Assembly: GCA_963823665.1 (NCBI GenBank)
Contig: CAWGMQ010000008.1
Coordinates: 1,696,001-1,760,000, forward strand
From: an uncultured Planctomycetota bacterium
Lineage (GTDB): Bacteria; Planctomycetota; Planctomycetia; Isosphaerales; Isosphaeraceae
DNA: 64,000 bases
Direction: 5' to 3'
In this document: positions 13,901 to 22,061 of the stretch, piece by piece
Position numbering within the stretch: position 1 is the first letter of the stretch
Layout of the letters: the number at the start of each line of letters is the position of its first letter
Notes under the pieces: model-generated
Databases searched by the model: none
Told to the model about the DNA's origin: nothing
The model's input: only the letters and a program-made list of their open reading frames with translations
Translations under genes and position numbers: made by a program

Positions 13901-14925
13901 CGGGAGTCTACGTTCTCCCACTCCCGGGCGCTCTTGCGCCCCAAACGTATCAATACAGTGTCCAGACAATCGATCAGTATGGCGACGTCAGCATGCCGAG
14001 CATGGCCTTCGCGCTCACGGTCGTCGCGCGGCCGTCGACTCCAACCGCACCGACGCTCCTGCCCTCCGACAGCGACGGCAGCCACGGCGGCGAGACCACA
14101 ACGTCGATCACCCCACTCCTCATCGGAATGACGATTCCCGGCGCGACCGTGCGACTTCTCGGCCCCAATGCGACCGTTCTCGAGACCACCATCGCCAGCG
14201 CCAGCGGAGGATACGAGATCCAGGTTCCCGGCCCGCTCGGCGCCGGCGCCCACACCTACCAGGTCGACGTGATCGATAAGTACGGCGACGTCAGCGGCCC
14301 GAGCCCCGCACAAACGATCACGGTGGTCAACCCCCCGCCGCCGCCACCCCCGCCACCCGCTCTGGTCACAGTCGGGTCATCGCAGTTGGAAAAGATCAAA
14401 GTCGGCACGGGGAAGAACGCAAAGAAAGAAACCGTATTGGTCGTCCAATTCAGCGGAGCGCTCAACGCCGCTTCCGCCGACAACGCCAGCGCCTACGAGC
14501 TCGCGCCGATCATCACGGTCAAGGCCAAGGGGAAGGGCAAGCACAAAAAGCCGCCAACAACCAGGCTCGGCCCGCCCCTGCCGCCGGCCAGCGTGGTATA
14601 CAATTCCTCGAATAACCAGGTAACGCTCCTGCTCCGCAGCACGCTCAACCTGACGAAGCCGGAAGAGCTGACCGTCAACGCCACTCTCGTCACCGACACG
14701 CTGGGCCGCGAGATCGACGGCGATGACGACGGCCAGCCGGGCAGCGACTACATCGCAACCATAAATGGGAGTCGAGTGACGCCCGGCGGGCTGCCACGGG
14801 CGCGAAGTCCGGAACGATCGACCACCGTCCCCGTCACGATCGACGCTCTGCTCGCTCGGGGCGAGCTGGCCGACTGGACTCGCACCCTGCGTGCCCGGCG
14901 CGAGGGGCATCACCAAGATTCGTGA
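10923..14925 (+). CDS. Secreted planctomycete-type protein: LEPR-xLL N-terminus, CAP/SCP domain, Calx-beta domain, about 7 Ig-like repeats, Lys-rich C-terminal domain. True start probably ATG 10923 with a 1-bp indel near 10940
   Basis: EALEPRQLL motif; CAP motifs VNAYRWMAGL and GHRRWVLYP; Calx-beta VDYSTVDGTALAGTNY...GVLTFGPG. An RBS-like GAGGG precedes ATG 10923. The ORF track gives 10765..14925. Confidence 0.85.
12244..14330 (+). repeat. Intragenic tandem repeat, 303-bp unit (101-aa Ig-like domain): 6 near-identical copies plus one diverged copy
   Basis: CCCGCCGACGACAGCGG (PADDSGKQGDGITDV) at 12244, 12547, 12850, 13153, 13456 and 13759; diverged copy at about 14062. Confidence 0.95.
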
Positions 14926-14992
14926 ATCAGCTTGCGCCATTTCCGACGACGATTAATCTTCGTGGAGTTCTACCGGAAAGGAGAAACCTCCG

Positions 14993-15805
14993 ATGAATGC
15001 GCGAACGCTGTGCCTCGTTATCCTCTCGATCGTGTTGGAGTCGAGCGATTGTTGGGGCCAACCGCTCAGGAACCCTGACACAGGAACCCTGTGGCTCTAC
15101 GGTCCAAACGGCCGAACCGTGATGGGCGACCATTTGCTTTTTAAGCCCGAGACGTACAACCGCAGTCGATCAACGGCAACCCGGCGAAGCGATCAGCGAC
15201 AGTCCCTCAAGCCGACTTCGGGCCATGAGTACTTCGCGCCGAATCTGGGTATTCGCTACACACTAGTTCGTGTCGGCGGTGCCAGAGGAGCGAAGCTGAC
15301 CCGCCAACCCGCGGCGAATTCCCCTGCGACACAGCGGGGCCTCGAACCGGGGGACACGATTTACCGCCTGGACGGGTTGCCCATCTTCACGTCGGACGAC
15401 GTGCTGAACCATTACGGGCAGACTGATGTCAACTTCATAAACGTTCGGACCGGTCGCGCAGAGCGATGTGTATTGGTGCTACCGGCATTCGTTCCAACGC
15501 AAGCCAAGATACCCGCTGGAAACTACGCCGCTAACCTCGGAATATACTATGAACTCGTCCCGTACGGCGGCGCGTTCGGCGCTCGTTTGAGCCGGGATGC
15601 GTCCTCCAATACTCCTGCGGGCTCGCTTCGGCTTGAACGCGGCGATCTGATCGTTAGACTTGACGGTCAGCCCATCCGTGAGGCAAGCGATGTCCTGAGC
15701 CACTATGCCCAGACGAGCGTGGAATTCATCGACATCCGCACGGGCCAGCTTCGAATGGCGTATGTGCAACTGCCGGGAACTGTGGCAATTCAACAAGCTC
15801 AATAA
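14993..15805 (+). CDS. Secreted tandem PDZ-domain protein with no protease domain
   Basis: AAGGAG RBS and a signal-like N-terminus. Two internal repeats: NLGIRY..GAKL..NSPA..GLEPGDTIYRLDG and NLGIYY..GARL..NTPA..LERGDLIVRLDG. Confidence 0.75.
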   Translation: MNARTLCLVILSIVLESSDCWGQPLRNPDTGTLWLYGPNGRTVMGDHLLFKPETYNRSRSTATRRSDQRQSLKPTSGHEYFAPNLGIRYTLVRVGGARGAKLTRQPAANSPATQRGLEPGDTIYRLDGLPIFTSDDVLNHYGQTDVNFINVRTGRAERCVLVLPAFVPTQAKIPAGNYAANLGIYYELVPYGGAFGARLSRDASSNTPAGSLRLERGDLIVRLDGQPIREASDVLSHYAQTSVEFIDIRTGQLRMAYVQLPGTVAIQQAQ

Positions 15806-15842
15806 CATGAGCGTCTTGCCGCATTACAGTGAGGAATGCACC

Positions 15843-16004
15843 ATGCGGTCCGCGCGGCACAGGTACTGCTTGCGTCGGTTGGATCTGGAAGCCTTGGGTC
15901 CCCACCAGATGCTCGACGGTGGCGTGCCGGCCAGGTTGGACTTGGCGCGGACGAGCCGGTTCTACCAGGACGTGTTCTTGCCACCGCGGAGTGTCGCCCG
16001 TTGA
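15843..16004 (+). pseudogene. Degenerate, truncated copy of the 5' end of the 10923 CAP-domain gene
   Basis: MRSARHRYCLRRLDLEALGPHQMLDGGVPARLDLARTSRFYQDVFLPPRSVA aligns with ...RNFEPEALEPRQLLDGGGVPPGMDLAQANWFYQNVFLPPANVA. Both have the same GAGG...CACCATG start context. Confidence 0.75.
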
Positions 16005-16304
16005 ACAGTATCGACTGTACGACCGCGGGCGCCGATGCGACCGTGCGCAATTTGCAGTCGGCAAGCCGAAGCGCAGCCCGGAATCGCGCCAAAGCCCTAC
16101 GATGTCGGCGCCGCGCGCACTCAACGCTGCAATCCCGCCGTGCACCCCTTTCCGACCGGGCCAGTGGTGCAGTTCTATGGTACCGTCAGGCTTGAGTTGA
16201 CGCAGGACGAGGCGATCCAAGCTACGAAGCGGCGACCGCGTATCGTGTGGTGGCGTCGGCCCGGGTCCACTCGATTTAGACACTTTTTCGAGCGAGCTCT
16301 GCCC

Positions 16305-16472
16305 ATGTACGGTTTGCTCATGGCGATTTTCGTTCTGATTCTGGTCGGTGCAGCGATTCTCAAGGTAAGAGACCTTGTGTTCAACGCCGCCTGTCCCTAT
16401 TGCCGGTCAAGCATCGCCCGCGGGGCCGTGAAATGTCCCAAGTGCCAGTCCGATCTGACGACAGGGCGATAA
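16305..16472 (+). CDS. Small membrane-anchored zinc-ribbon protein (55 aa)
   Basis: Hydrophobic MYGLLMAIFVLILVGAAIL followed by CPYC-x10-CPKC. Confidence 0.6.
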   Translation: MYGLLMAIFVLILVGAAILKVRDLVFNAACPYCRSSIARGAVKCPKCQSDLTTGR

Positions 16473-16513
16473 GCCAGCAACCGGGCGCGGGATTGGCTGT
16501 CAACGTGGGACCA

Positions 16514-17203
16514 TCAGGCGGTCTGGACCTGGCCGTCTTTCATGCGGATCTGGCGGTCGGCGGCCTGGGCGACTTCGTGGCTGTGGGTGACGATCACGAG
16601 CGTAAGCTTGCGCGAGTCGCGCAGGTGGTGGAGGAGCTGGATGATCTCGTCCTGGCTCTTGCTGTCAAGATTGCCGGTGGGCTCATCCGCCAAGAGGAGG
16701 GATGGGTCGTTGCCGAGCGCGCGCGCGATGGCGACGCGCTGGCGCTGGCCTACGGAAAGCTGCGCGGGGCGGAATGCGGCGCGATCCGCCAAGCCCACTT
16801 CCTCGATCAGGCGCCGGGCGCGGCGGATGCGCTCGGTGCGTGGCCAGGGAGCCTCGAACATCGGGATCTGGATATTCTCGAGCGCGGTCAGGGTTGGCAT
16901 CAGATAGAAGGACTGGAAGACGAAGCCGACCTCGGTGGCACGGAAAGTGTCGATATCAAGCCGTGAGAGGGCATTGCCGCGGAAAAACACGTCGCCCTCG
17001 GTGGGGCGGTCGAGACCGCCCAAGATGTGCAGGAGCGTGCTCTTGCCGCAGCCGCTGGGACCGGTGATCGCCACGGACTCGGCCTCGTTGATGTCGAGCG
17101 AGACGCCGCGGAGGGCCTGCACGTGGCCGTCGGGGTAGAACTTGACAAGGCCCCTGGCGGCGAGCAACGCGGCCGGCGCAGCGGCCTGATCAACGTCACT
17201 CAT
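16514..17203 (-). CDS. ABC transporter ATP-binding subunit (LolD/MacB/FtsE-like)
   Basis: Walker A GPSGCGKST, signature LSVGQRQRVAIARAL, Walker B LLLADEPTGNLD. ATG 17203 overlaps the end of the permease gene. Confidence 0.92.
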   Translation of the reverse strand: MSDVDQAAAPAALLAARGLVKFYPDGHVQALRGVSLDINEAESVAITGPSGCGKSTLLHILGGLDRPTEGDVFFRGNALSRLDIDTFRATEVGFVFQSFYLMPTLTALENIQIPMFEAPWPRTERIRRARRLIEEVGLADRAAFRPAQLSVGQRQRVAIARALGNDPSLLLADEPTGNLDSKSQDEIIQLLHHLRDSRKLTLVIVTHSHEVAQAADRQIRMKDGQVQTA

Positions 17204-18320
17204 AGCGGAGGGCCTCGGTGGGTTCGAGAGCGGCCGCCCTGGCCGCGGGATAGAGGCCACCGAGGAGGCTCAGGCCGACGCCCATGGCGAGCGCAATCAA
17301 CAGGACCTCGGGCGGGAGGTTGGGATTAATGAAGCCCCGAGCCGTGGGGGCAGTCGTGATGGCGCGAAGCCCCGCGACCGCGAGCACCATGCCCAGGATC
17401 GTGCCCATCAAGGCAATGACCAGGGCTTCACCGAGCACCATCGTGAGCACACGCGAGCGCCTCCAGCCGACCGCGCGGAGGATGCCGATTTCACGTGTGC
17501 GCTCAAAAATCGACATCAGCATCGTGTTGAGCATGCCGACCGAGCCGAGGATGAGTGCGACGGCGGCCGTCGTCCAGGACATAGCCTTGGCGAGCCGGAT
17601 CTGCGTATCGCTCTGCACGTGGTCGCGGGCGGGGGTCGCGGCGACGCCGGCAAGGGTCGACTCGATTCGATGGCGCAGACCGGCGATGAATTTGGTATCG
17701 GGCGAAGCGGCTCGCACCAGGAAGCCGGTGACTTGCCCCTCTTTGCCCATCATCTGCTGAAGCGTGTGCAGGGGCATGATCATCGAGCCGTTTTCAAACC
17801 AGCTATTGCTCTCGAAGATGCCGGCGACCGTGAACGGAACGCCGGCGATCTGGAGGGCGTCCCCAGCCTTCTTATCGAGGGTCATGGCGACAACACGGCC
17901 CAGGATGACCGCCTTGTCGTCGCCGTCTTTGAGAGCGCGTCCGTCGACCATGTTGATGCCGCGGAAGAGCACGCTTCCGGGCAGCCAACCGTTGACCAGG
18001 ACGGCGACCAGGTTTTTGTCTTCGAAGCCGACGGTGTCGACCAGCGACGCCGAAACTTCGGACACGCCCTCGATTTTCCGCAACGTTTCGCCCATGCGAA
18101 TATCCAGGCTGCTCGAGAGCTGGTTGGAGCTGCCGGCCCGGACGACCACCAGATCGATGCCTTTGGATTCGTAGATCGCCATGAAGGATCGTTCGAAGTT
18201 CCAGGAGATCCCGACCAGGATGACGACGGCCGAGATGGCGACCGCCAGGCCGACGGTCGTCAGGACCGTGCGAACAGGGCGATGGATGACATTCTTGGCG
18301 ACCAATGTGGTGAAGCGCAC
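17196..18320 (-). CDS. ABC transporter permease, FtsX/MacB family
   Basis: RPVRTVLTTVGLAVAI N-terminal TM, a periplasmic domain, NTMLMSIFERTREIGILRAVGW, and C-terminal PAARAAALEPTEALRYE. Confidence 0.92.
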   Translation of the reverse strand: MRFTTLVAKNVIHRPVRTVLTTVGLAVAISAVVILVGISWNFERSFMAIYESKGIDLVVVRAGSSNQLSSSLDIRMGETLRKIEGVSEVSASLVDTVGFEDKNLVAVLVNGWLPGSVLFRGINMVDGRALKDGDDKAVILGRVVAMTLDKKAGDALQIAGVPFTVAGIFESNSWFENGSMIMPLHTLQQMMGKEGQVTGFLVRAASPDTKFIAGLRHRIESTLAGVAATPARDHVQSDTQIRLAKAMSWTTAAVALILGSVGMLNTMLMSIFERTREIGILRAVGWRRSRVLTMVLGEALVIALMGTILGMVLAVAGLRAITTAPTARGFINPNLPPEVLLIALAMGVGLSLLGGLYPAARAAALEPTEALRYE

Positions 18321-19234
18321 GGAATGGCCCTTGTGCGGCCGGCGTTCGTCAGGCAGGCGGCGCGACCAACGAGAACGTAGCCAACGCCGTGCCAGACTTT
18401 CTCGAATGTGAACTCGCCCAGAACTCGACCGGCGATGGCCTGCACATCCAGATCGCGGTGACGTTCGACCATGTCGGTGAAGGAATCACCCAGGTGCATC
18501 AGGTGTGAGACGATCCAGCGGTCCATGTTGGGAACTCCCAGTTTGTGACCGAGCATGCGATCCGTCAAGTTGGGCAGCTCGTCGGAGACGACGATCGGCG
18601 CGCCCGGGCGAGCGACTCGGACCATCTCACGCAGGGCTCCTTCTGGGTCGTTGAAGTAGTTGAACGCGCCGATGCTCAAGACGGCGTCGAACTGACGGCT
18701 CTCGAGCGGGAGATCCTCGGCTTCGCACTGGGCCAGCCACACGGAACGGCCGGCGGCGCGGCGGCGACAGGCCTGGAGCTGGGAGCGGGAGATGTCAACG
18801 CCCACGATCTGCCAGTCGCGGGGCAGCCAGTCGAGATAGACTCCGTCGCCGACGGCGATGTCGAGAAGTTGAAGGCCGGGCGTAGTCGGCAGATGGCGCA
18901 AGACCCGATTGCGTGCGCGGCGCTCGCCGCCATTGCAGAGCCAGGTGAACCACTCCCAGAACCGGAACTTGGGCCAGAGGGGGCTGTCGTAGAAGCTCTG
19001 CGCAACCTGGTTGTTATCGGAAGTCCGATCCTTCACGACCAGGATGCCATCCTCAATCGGCAGACGAACCGCACAGGCCGTGCAGCAGAGCGCGGCCGGG
19101 GTTTTTTCGTAACGCAACGGGGAGCGACAGCTCGGGCACTGCCAGGTTCCCTTGCGGTTCCAGTGTTCGGCGTGATCCGTCGAATCAACGTCTGGATCGA
19201 AGAGCGTTGCTTTTTCGGGGCTGGCGGTTGACAT
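18260..19234 (-). CDS. Class I SAM-dependent methyltransferase with an N-terminal Zn-knuckle; the 3' end may be frameshift-extended (true stop perhaps near 18349)
   Basis: CPSC...CTAC; LDIAVGDG; VGVDIS; EAEDLP...FDAVLS...ALREMVRVARPG. Confidence 0.85.
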   Translation of the reverse strand: MSTASPEKATLFDPDVDSTDHAEHWNRKGTWQCPSCRSPLRYEKTPAALCCTACAVRLPIEDGILVVKDRTSDNNQVAQSFYDSPLWPKFRFWEWFTWLCNGGERRARNRVLRHLPTTPGLQLLDIAVGDGVYLDWLPRDWQIVGVDISRSQLQACRRRAAGRSVWLAQCEAEDLPLESRQFDAVLSIGAFNYFNDPEGALREMVRVARPGAPIVVSDELPNLTDRMLGHKLGVPNMDRWIVSHLMHLGDSFTDMVERHRDLDVQAIAGRVLGEFTFEKVWHGVGYVLVGRAACLTNAGRTRAIPCASPHWSPRMSSIALFARS

Positions 19235-19267
19235 GATCTTCTCCAAGTGAACAGGCGAGGGTTGATT

Positions 19268-20101
19268 TCAAGTTTCGCTTCGTTCGACCATGCAGTAACC
19301 CAAGCGGTGCCAGATTCGGTGGCGCTGTGCGTTGGGCCAGACACGTTCGAAGAGTGCGGGCAGGTCGATGTCGAGGCTCAGGACCATCTTGACGAAATCG
19401 GGGTCGAGGCCCAATCGCGTCAGCCACCAGGCGTCGATCGAGGGTATGCCGATCAGATGACCCAAGCCGGCGCGGTGCAGGGAGGGCAACTCGTCGGCAA
19501 CGACCACCGGACCGCCGGGCTTGGTGACGCGGCGCATCTCGCGGAGCGCGCGCTCGTGGTCGCCATAGTAATTGAAACCGCCGACTGACCAAGTTGCGTC
19601 GAAGGTGGCATCGTCGAACGGCAGGTCTTCAGCCTCGGACCAGGCGAGCCGGCCGGCCATCTCGGGATGACGCTCGCGGCAGAGCTCGAGCTGGGTGCGG
19701 GCGATGTCCACGCCGTAGACGGTCCAGTCCTCGGGCAGGAACCGGAGGTTCTCTCCGGCGCCGATGCCGACTTCCAGCCCACGGGCGCCGGGTAAGCCCA
19801 GAGCGTGAAGGTGTTGCAGGATCTCCATACGTGCGCGGCGGACACCGCCCTGAAGGATCAAGAACCCCTGCTCCCAGGGGCAGAATTTCACCCAACCGCG
19901 GCCGTCGTAGAACGCGGCGACGATGCGATTTCGCCCGGAAAGCGGGCCGATTGCTTCGAGGATGCCGCCGGTCGTCTGGTCATCTCGCGCACAACGAGGG
20001 CAGCGCGGCTCTCCACCGAGCCGAGCGCCACAGGAGATGCAGCGCGCGAGGTCGGCGATCGAAGGAGCCGGAGCGGACGAAGCCGGTGGGGAAAGAGTCA
20101 T
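19268..20101 (-). CDS. Class I SAM-dependent methyltransferase with an N-terminal Zn-knuckle (paralog of the adjacent gene)
   Basis: CISC...CPRC; LEVGIGAG; YGVDIA; EAEDLPFDDATFD...ALREMRRVTKPGG. Confidence 0.88.
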   Translation of the reverse strand: MTLSPPASSAPAPSIADLARCISCGARLGGEPRCPRCARDDQTTGGILEAIGPLSGRNRIVAAFYDGRGWVKFCPWEQGFLILQGGVRRARMEILQHLHALGLPGARGLEVGIGAGENLRFLPEDWTVYGVDIARTQLELCRERHPEMAGRLAWSEAEDLPFDDATFDATWSVGGFNYYGDHERALREMRRVTKPGGPVVVADELPSLHRAGLGHLIGIPSIDAWWLTRLGLDPDFVKMVLSLDIDLPALFERVWPNAQRHRIWHRLGYCMVERSET

Positions 20102-20120
20102 CGCACACGATCCGCGGTTT

Positions 20121-20907
20121 TCAGAAATCGACGTACAATGCCTTGGGGCCGGCGAGGCGCATCATCCAATCAAAGAACCAGTCCGGCATGTACTTCAGCA
20201 GGGCCAGACCGAATCTCATGCTGAACGGGAAGACGCAGTTGCGCGGCCTGCGCTCGACGGCGCGGACCAGGTGCCTGGCGGCCTCTTCGGGCTCGATCAT
20301 CTTGACGGGGCGTTGATAGGGCACGTCAGTACACATCTTGGTGCGAACGAAGCCGGGGCAGACGGTGGTCACCGTCACGCCGCGGCGCCGAAGGCCGGGG
20401 CGCATGGCCTCGAGGTAAGCGATCAGGCCGGCTTTTGATGCGGAGTAAGAGATCATCCAGGGGAATCCGCGATAACCGGCCATACTGGCGATGCCTACGA
20501 TGTGACCCTGGCCCCGCTCGATCATTTTTGGCAGAACGGCCTCGATCGACTGGGCGACACCGACCACATTGACTTCAAGTGTCTGCCGAAGAGTCGACGT
20601 GTCGAGCTTGGGGACGAGCGTGAGGGAGCCGATACCCGCGCACGCGACGAGGACGTCGAACGACCCTAGCTCGGTCGCAAGACGATTAACGGCCGCGATC
20701 AGGCTTTCTCGATCGGTGACGTCGACCGCGGCACTAGCGACGGGAGCCGTGCTCTCGTGCTTCGAGCGCACTGGCAAGCTCCGCCAGCGCCTCAGCATCG
20801 CGGTCGATCAAACCCACCGGCATGCCTTTCTTGACCAGCGCGATGGCCGTGGCGCGGCCGATTCCGTGGGCGGCGCCGGTCAGAAGTGTGGTTGGTTTGG
20901 CATTCAT
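20121..20907 (-). CDS. Short-chain dehydrogenase/reductase, frameshifted near 20760-20790
   Basis: N-terminal MNAKPTTLLTGAAHGIG in one frame; SYSASK catalytic motif and VCPGFVRT in the frame of ORF 20121..20798. Confidence 0.85.
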
Positions 20908-20908
20908 C

Positions 20909-21763
20909 CTACGACCTTGGCCAGCTTGGCCGGATGACAGAGTGGCGAATGAGAAACTCGTTGACGATCTCGACGAACGCGGGCCCGTTTTCCTCAGGTG
21001 CACGATGTTTGGCACCAGGGACCTTGCGAGCGACGCAGTTGGCGAGATGCTCGGCAAGGTAGTCCGACGTCGCGAGGAACGGAGAATGCTCGCCGAAGAT
21101 GGCGAGCACCGGCTGTTTGACGCTTTGAATCAGTTCTTCGGTCAAGCCGGCAGGAACCTTGGCGTCGTTGCCGCATGTCGTGTCGGCGAGCCGCAACAGT
21201 CGGTTGAAGCCAGGGAGGCCGACGGCCTGACGGAATCGCAAGAGGCGGTCGCCGTCCAGGTGAAGGACCTGGTCGAAAAACCTGCCGAGGTCGTACCAAT
21301 GTTCATCCGAGAGAGTGACTCCCGCGTCGGCGGCTTCCTGGCGAAAGTTCTGCCAGTGGCCCCAACGGCTGACGTCTTCCAGATGGCGCAGGGCGGGGAA
21401 GCAAGGGTCGGAGAGCACGAGGGCGTCGACTCGATCCGGGAAGAGCACTGCGGCGTGCATGGCGATGACGGCACCAAAGCTGTGACCGGCGAGTGCGGCG
21501 TGCTCGATTTCGAGAGCGTCCATGATCGCCAGCACATCGGCAGCCTGGTCGGAGGAGGTGTAACCGTCCTTGGAGAGGCCGCTGTAGCCGTGGCCGCGGA
21601 GGTCGAACGCCGTCACGCGGAACGAGCGGCCGAGGATTCCCATGGCCTCGCAGAGGAACCAGATCGAGAGGTCGCCGGTGACGCCGTGGATCAGGACGAC
21701 GTCAGGCCCGGTGCCTGCGCGCTGGTAGTGAAAGTCGATGCCGTTGGCGACGAGCTTGGGCAT
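20909..21763 (-). CDS. Alpha/beta-fold hydrolase (possible thioesterase/release enzyme)
   Basis: VLIHG, FDLRGHGYS, nucleophile motif GHSFG, C-terminal PGAKH..PEEN. Confidence 0.9.
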   Translation of the reverse strand: MPKLVANGIDFHYQRAGTGPDVVLIHGVTGDLSIWFLCEAMGILGRSFRVTAFDLRGHGYSGLSKDGYTSSDQAADVLAIMDALEIEHAALAGHSFGAVIAMHAAVLFPDRVDALVLSDPCFPALRHLEDVSRWGHWQNFRQEAADAGVTLSDEHWYDLGRFFDQVLHLDGDRLLRFRQAVGLPGFNRLLRLADTTCGNDAKVPAGLTEELIQSVKQPVLAIFGEHSPFLATSDYLAEHLANCVARKVPGAKHRAPEENGPAFVEIVNEFLIRHSVIRPSWPRS

Positions 21764-21781
21764 GGTGGGTATCCGCTTCAC

Positions 21782-22061
21782 TCAAAGGTGCGATTCGAGG
21801 AATGCGACGAGCTCTCCGATCGAGAGATCGCGCTCGGTCCTGCGGCCAACCTCGGCGATCAGCTCATGAAACGGGAGCGTGCGACCGTAGTGTTTCTGCA
21901 GGGTTTCGGTGAGGACGACGGCGTCGATCGAGGCGAGCCCGAGGTCGGCGAAGAACCGGGTTTCCTCGGTCAACGTGCCGGCGAGAGGAGCCGCCGGTCT
22001 GCTCGGAGAGGATCGCGGTGATGTCGTCCAGGATTTCGGGTCGGGATGGGACAGAAGTCAC
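21782..22061 (-). CDS. Stand-alone acyl carrier protein, frameshifted near 21985
   Basis: GTG start behind AAGGAG gives VTSVPSRPEILDDITAIL; the other frame gives TRFFADLGLASIDAVVL...LSIGELVAFL. Confidence 0.8.

Noticed and set aside
11983..14313. 776-aa minus-strand repetitive ORF
   Set aside because: Antisense shadow of the 303-bp Ig repeats; Arg/Gly-rich with no recognisable motifs.
1..14330. Tandem repeats as a CRISPR array or mobile element
   Set aside because: Units are 303-570 bp, in-frame coding, and have no unique spacers, cas genes or transposase.
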